Source of the DNA: Planctomycetaceae bacterium
GTDB taxonomy: Bacteria; Planctomycetota; Planctomycetia; Pirellulales; Thermoguttaceae
NCBI GenBank assembly: GCA_031277105.1
Contig: JAISLW010000268.1
Location: 98,698-162,697 of the forward strand
DNA: 64,000 nt
Direction: 5' to 3'
This document shows, piece after piece, positions 60,445 through 64,000 of the stretch. The translations under genes and the position numbers were made by a program. Within the stretch, counting starts at the first letter, position 1. Every line of letters begins with the position of its first letter. Under the pieces are notes generated by a model. The model saw only the letters and a list, made by a program, of their open reading frames with translations. It was not told where the DNA came from and made no database searches.

Positions 60445-60683
60445 CTGCAAACAAACGAGTGTAAACGCAAATTAAAATACGAACAATTTAAATAACGGGA
60501 AAACAAAAAGATTACGCAATTCCTAATATCTTGATATACAGAATCAATAAAAAATACAAAAAGAAAAAATAACGCAGTCAAACAGTACACTAAAATTTTT
60601 TATGAAAAAAACGTGAAATCTTATTTGCAACAATTTGACCGCGTCAAATCCGACAAAAGTTAGCGGTTTTCTGTAACCTATTA

Positions 60684-61328
60684 CTAAAAAACGGTATTAA
60701 ACAAATCCATACTTGACCAACTGCCCGATAATATTGATTTTTTCATATCGTCTATCGGCGGCAACGATCCGTCGCTAGTTTTGCCTTTCTTTTTCGCCGT
60801 CGTCAATATCGCGTTTATCCGCTTCATCGAAAACGTTGTAAATTTATTTAAATCAGCGCTAGTCAAACCTAACTCTTTAATTTTTTCCCAGCGTTCTTTT
60901 AGCCTGCTCGTAAACAAACGCGGTACATATTGTTCAAATTTATCCGCTTCTTGTATCGTTAATCTTAAACCGCTTTCCGCTTCAGATAGCGCATATTTGA
61001 CGTTATTATTGTTCTTGATTTCAGGCTCCGCAGCAATCCATTTTTTTAACTCTTTCAATTCCGCTTGCCATCCAATTTGATGTTCGTATAAAAAATAAAG
61101 ATGTCTAAAAAAAGATTGTTGCTCGGTCGGCGATATTATTATGTTAAATAAATACGCCTTCTTGTTATCAGGCAACACGTCAAAAGGAACAGATTTACCC
61201 GCTAATTTATTACGCAAAAATACATCGTCAAAAACGGCATGAATTGAATCAAAACCCATCGCTGAATTAGCCGATAATTGCAACGACTCAAATACGCTAA
61301 TATCCGCCAACTTGTCCATAATAAGCAT
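60684..61328 (-). CDS. shared-leader family protein (member 8, distant locus)
   Basis: N-terminus (MLI)MDKLADISVFESLQLSANSAMGFDSIHAVFDD. The start could be 61328 or 61319. Confidence 0.55.
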   Translation of the reverse strand: MLIMDKLADISVFESLQLSANSAMGFDSIHAVFDDVFLRNKLAGKSVPFDVLPDNKKAYLFNIIISPTEQQSFFRHLYFLYEHQIGWQAELKELKKWIAAEPEIKNNNNVKYALSEAESGLRLTIQEADKFEQYVPRLFTSRLKERWEKIKELGLTSADLNKFTTFSMKRINAILTTAKKKGKTSDGSLPPIDDMKKSILSGSWSSMDLFNTVF

Positions 61329-61506
61329 TAAATTAAAAATTAAAAAACAAAACCTTTCACAATTCAGAAGGATTGCAACCGTCTCGGACGCCTAACATTC
61401 AGGACGAATACGATTTTAATTGATATAAAATTGCCTCAATTGTCCTTCCAAATTGCCAAAACACTGCGGGTATAATAACGTCAAACTTAATTGTCGTGCA
61501 TAACGT

Positions 61507-61546
61507 AAAAATCTGCACACGAAAAAAAAAACACGTGCAGATTTTT
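61507..61546. terminator. bidirectional terminator-like hairpin
   Basis: AAAAATCTGCAC / GTGCAGATTTTT arms flank an A-rich 16-nt loop. Confidence 0.4.
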
Positions 61547-61637
61547 AGACTAATTTTAAACTGTTCGCGTTTGCGTTTGCGTTTACATTCGCCTGCCTAG
61601 ATTTCGGACGGCAGACTTTGACGCTTTTACATCGCCG

Positions 61638-61679
61638 AATTTCAAGTACGAGCAGCATATATTGCCCGTACTTTAATTT
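61638..61679. promoter_or_regulatory. two overlapping, divergently oriented copies of the intergenic box
   Basis: GAATTTCAAGTACGAGCAGCATATATTGCCCGTACTTTAATTT contains the half-sites AAGTACGAGCA and TGCCCGTACTT as an inverted repeat around TATATA. Confidence 0.35.
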
Positions 61680-61716
61680 GCGGTCATTGCGTATTTAACG
61701 ATTGTATTTATTGATT

Positions 61717-62796
61717 TTAAATATCGCCATGTTTACGTTTCGCCATCCATTCTCTGATCGCAACTGCGCAAAACGGTTTAAACGTTTTATGGGCGCCATT
61801 GTCAATAAATTGAATTCGCTCGTCTCGTGTTGCCGTTCTGAATACTTGCAACTTTTCGTCAAATACAATTATTCCTGTCCGCAATAATTCGCCTAAATGA
61901 CGTTGTGCCGATCTTTCTGTAAAATTTAACGCTTGCATTATCTGTTCAAGCGTGCCGCTATGACCCTCCGCAAAAAAAATATCCAACGGGTATCGCGACA
62001 ACCAACGCCAAGTCCCATAAGGCGACATCACATCCGACCAATCTTCTTTATGTATTTGTCGTGCAAGCAAAGATTCTTGCGTATTCTTTGTACGGGTACG
62101 TTTGGGTTTGTCAGATGCGTCCGTTTTATTTTCCGCTTGCTTCTTTTTCATTTTTTCAATATGTTTCGCTTCTTCATCATTGACTAATTTTGCGATACGA
62201 GTCAAATCAAGATTATTAAACTGTTCCAAAACCTCATCGACGGGTTCATTATTGTTTCTATTTGCAATGTCAACTTGCGAATCATTTTGTACACTTTCGG
62301 TTGACGGATCGGCTGACAAATTATTTGCCGCCTGTTCGTCTTGTACGCTTTTATTTTTAGTTGACAATTTAGTTGAATCAATTGGTTTACTTGGTTCAAT
62401 TTGTCCAATTGTTTTACTTGTTTCAATTGTTTTTTGTTTTTGCGTAACTTGCGGCGTAATATTTTCTTTTGTTTTTTGTTTCATTTGCGACAATTTCGCT
62501 ATATCAACAGGTTCTATTACGGGCGGTTTCATTCTTATATTTCGGTCAATACTAGGCAGCAATTCTTCAACAGGAGCGTCCGAATCGTCTAGTACTGTTA
62601 TTTCTTGCCCTTTCGTGACCAATTCATAAATATCTTCAAATAGTTCTTGGTATTTATCATTGATCATCATTTGCGGTTCAAATAATTCTGGCAGCGAAGC
62701 TACGCGTTCCGCTAAAACGTCGTTACTCCACTTTGACGCTTTTAAACAGCCCAGTGTTATAAATAGATTTACAACTTTTGATTTTGCTATTTGCAT
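61717..62796 (-). CDS. hypothetical protein with C-terminal winged-helix-like DNA-binding region
   Basis: Strong SD (AAGGAGAAATAAA-ATG). The C-terminal ..FTERSAQRHLGELLRTGIIVFDEK.. looks like a wHTH. Confidence 0.45.
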   Translation of the reverse strand: MQIAKSKVVNLFITLGCLKASKWSNDVLAERVASLPELFEPQMMINDKYQELFEDIYELVTKGQEITVLDDSDAPVEELLPSIDRNIRMKPPVIEPVDIAKLSQMKQKTKENITPQVTQKQKTIETSKTIGQIEPSKPIDSTKLSTKNKSVQDEQAANNLSADPSTESVQNDSQVDIANRNNNEPVDEVLEQFNNLDLTRIAKLVNDEEAKHIEKMKKKQAENKTDASDKPKRTRTKNTQESLLARQIHKEDWSDVMSPYGTWRWLSRYPLDIFFAEGHSGTLEQIMQALNFTERSAQRHLGELLRTGIIVFDEKLQVFRTATRDERIQFIDNGAHKTFKPFCAVAIREWMAKRKHGDI

Positions 62797-64000
62797 TTAT
62801 TTCTCCTTCATTGATAATACGGTTCATTCGCCAGCCTAATTCGTATTGCCGCGTTTGTAACCGTTTGCTTAACTTTAACCGTAATCGTTTTATTACGTTC
62901 AATTGGTTACGTGCGATTACGTTTGCCATCGTAGCCAATTGTTTCCAACCTGCATCCCAAGCGCTGACTCCGACAATATCATTCGATTTATCAAATTCAG
63001 CCCTAAACTTAAACGTTACCTTAACGAATTCTCGCAACGCTTTCAATAAATTTTTGCCCTCGTCCGAACATTGCGATTCAATTTCAATAATCCGTTTCGC
63101 AACATAACGCTCGTTTGGCAAAATTTCCAACGTCCGCAACGTTTCCAAGTTACCGCATGAATACGCCAAATCTGCTATTTCAGACCGCGACATCCAAAAA
63201 AATTCATTCGGTACTTGATATGTTGATTTGTTGATTTGTATATCATATTTGGCTATAAACCACGCACGCGAATGACACAACGCATAAACAAAACTATCGC
63301 TGACATAACTTGACCATTGCGGATGCGATACGTCGGGAATATGCAAGTAATCACGCTGGTCTATCCAATCGAGCGTCGTTGTAAAATAAGTCGCATACGC
63401 CGAAACTATACGATCAATATTAGACGGCGTTATATGAATATCGCTGCCTAACGATGAATACAAAGCCCCAACAACCCGCGAAAAATACGGAATCCGCTCC
63501 CGTATCGCAAATAAATTACGCATACTAAACGATCCCAAAAAATCATACGGTACACGAATACTATTGCATAACTTCAATTTGACCGGATTTTTTACGCTGA
63601 ATTTATCCGTTACGCAAATCATCGTTTTATCCGTATATACAGACTCGCTACGCAACCACGCAGTCGTCAATATACCTATCGATTGATTGTCAAAATTGTA
63701 AATATCTTTAACAACAGGATCGGCAACCGAACCGTCTTCCAAAACTTGCACGCATTTACTGCGGAATTGTGAAACAGATTTGTTCTTGCCCCGTTCCCAA
63801 ACCGAAAACGAAACCAACCAACCAGACTCAACATGCGGAAACGCCGACGATTCAAACGCTACCAATTCCTTCAACGAAAACGCATCACACCACAATTGCC
63901 GAAAACGACTATGACTAACGCCGCTCAAATAAGACACTGGACAAAAAACGCCCAACTTAATATTAGTCAACGAATACTTGCGAACGTACGTCAATATTTG
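62723..64000 (-). CDS. hypothetical protein, N-terminus probably outside the window
   Basis: The frame stays open to base 64000. The track start at 63994 is a TTG. Confidence 0.45.
   Translation of the reverse strand, partial: QILTYVRKYSLTNIKLGVFCPVSYLSGVSHSRFRQLWCDAFSLKELVAFESSAFPHVESGWLVSFSVWERGKNKSVSQFRSKCVQVLEDGSVADPVVKDIYNFDNQSIGILTTAWLRSESVYTDKTMICVTDKFSVKNPVKLKLCNSIRVPYDFLGSFSMRNLFAIRERIPYFSRVVGALYSSLGSDIHITPSNIDRIVSAYATYFTTTLDWIDQRDYLHIPDVSHPQWSSYVSDSFVYALCHSRAWFIAKYDIQINKSTYQVPNEFFWMSRSEIADLAYSCGNLETLRTLEILPNERYVAKRIIEIESQCSDEGKNLLKALREFVKVTFKFRAEFDKSNDIVGVSAWDAGWKQLATMANVIARNQLNVIKRLRLKLSKRLQTRQYELGWRMNRIINEGEINANSKIKSCKSIYNTGLFKSVKVE

Noticed and set aside
60408-60590. 60-aa minus-strand ORF in the 442-nt gap upstream of the HTH gene.
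   Set aside because: It spans the conserved hairpin and box, and is a Phe/Cys-rich low-complexity sequence with no SD. The region is better explained as regulatory DNA.
61567-61584. (GCGTTT)3 microrepeat.
   Set aside because: Only three units. It is noted as part of the non-coding gap but is too short to interpret on its own.
23581-61679. Possibility that the recurring hairpin/box elements form a CRISPR array or MITE family.
   Set aside because: The copies are kilobases apart, not regularly spaced and lack spacer-like units. There are no terminal inverted repeats with target-site duplications and no transposase. They always sit at gene boundaries, which fits regulatory elements.
62723-64000. 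Possible methyltransferase C-terminal half for the edge-truncated ORF.
   Set aside because: There is only a vague pattern resemblance (..LKELVAFESSAFPHVESGWLVSFSVWERGKN..). The catalytic motifs would lie outside the window, so it is left as hypothetical.

Overview
The window is a contiguous piece of an AT-rich tailed-phage (Caudoviricetes) genome. Every credible gene is on the minus strand, often with ATGA/TAATG coupling, and the plus-strand ORFs in the track look like shadows. All calls rest on by-eye motif recognition, ORF geometry, Shine-Dalgarno inspection and repeat comparison; no database search was possible.

Gene order on the minus strand, from 64000 downwards:
- Replication/recombination module: sigma-like factor, SNF2 helicase and family-A DNA polymerase (each interrupted by an intein), very acidic small protein, clamp loader, UvsY-like candidate, gp32-like SSB, tRNA(CAU), RecA/UvsX-like recombinase, PD-(D/E)XK nuclease.
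- Portal.
- An ~8.6 kb accessory stretch that breaks portal-MuF synteny. It holds a clamp-like protein, two defence-like cassettes in tandem, a ParB-like gene and a MazG-like gene. The cassettes are a HipA-like kinase + HIRAN fusion protein and an ABC-3C three-gene system. Each cassette is bracketed by the same 70-nt promoter-bearing repeat and an 84-nt repeat.
- A MuF/SPP1-gp7-like head protein fused to an ADP-ribosyltransferase and split by a third intein, followed by an array of paralogous small genes.
- Head module: scaffold-like paralogues and a major capsid gene bracketed by ~71-nt inverted repeats.
- Eight small proteins sharing one N-terminal leader (MNNNVADISLFESLQ...), a secreted papain-like peptidase, fibre-like genes and neck genes.
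- A second ~10 kb accessory island between tail-terminator-like and tail-tube-like genes. It carries an N6A methyltransferase, thioredoxin, ThyX, a DUF3037-like gene, an M78 peptidase + class III cyclase pair, a Kiwa-like TM + DUF4868-like pair and a lipoprotein.
- Tail tube and a G/GT chaperone with an A_AAA_AAC -1 frameshift site at the left edge.

Best candidates for something undescribed:
- the split HipA-like kinase / HipS-like-HIRAN pair;
- the cassette-swapping architecture around it;
- the M78-peptidase/cyclase pair;
- the shared-leader protein family.
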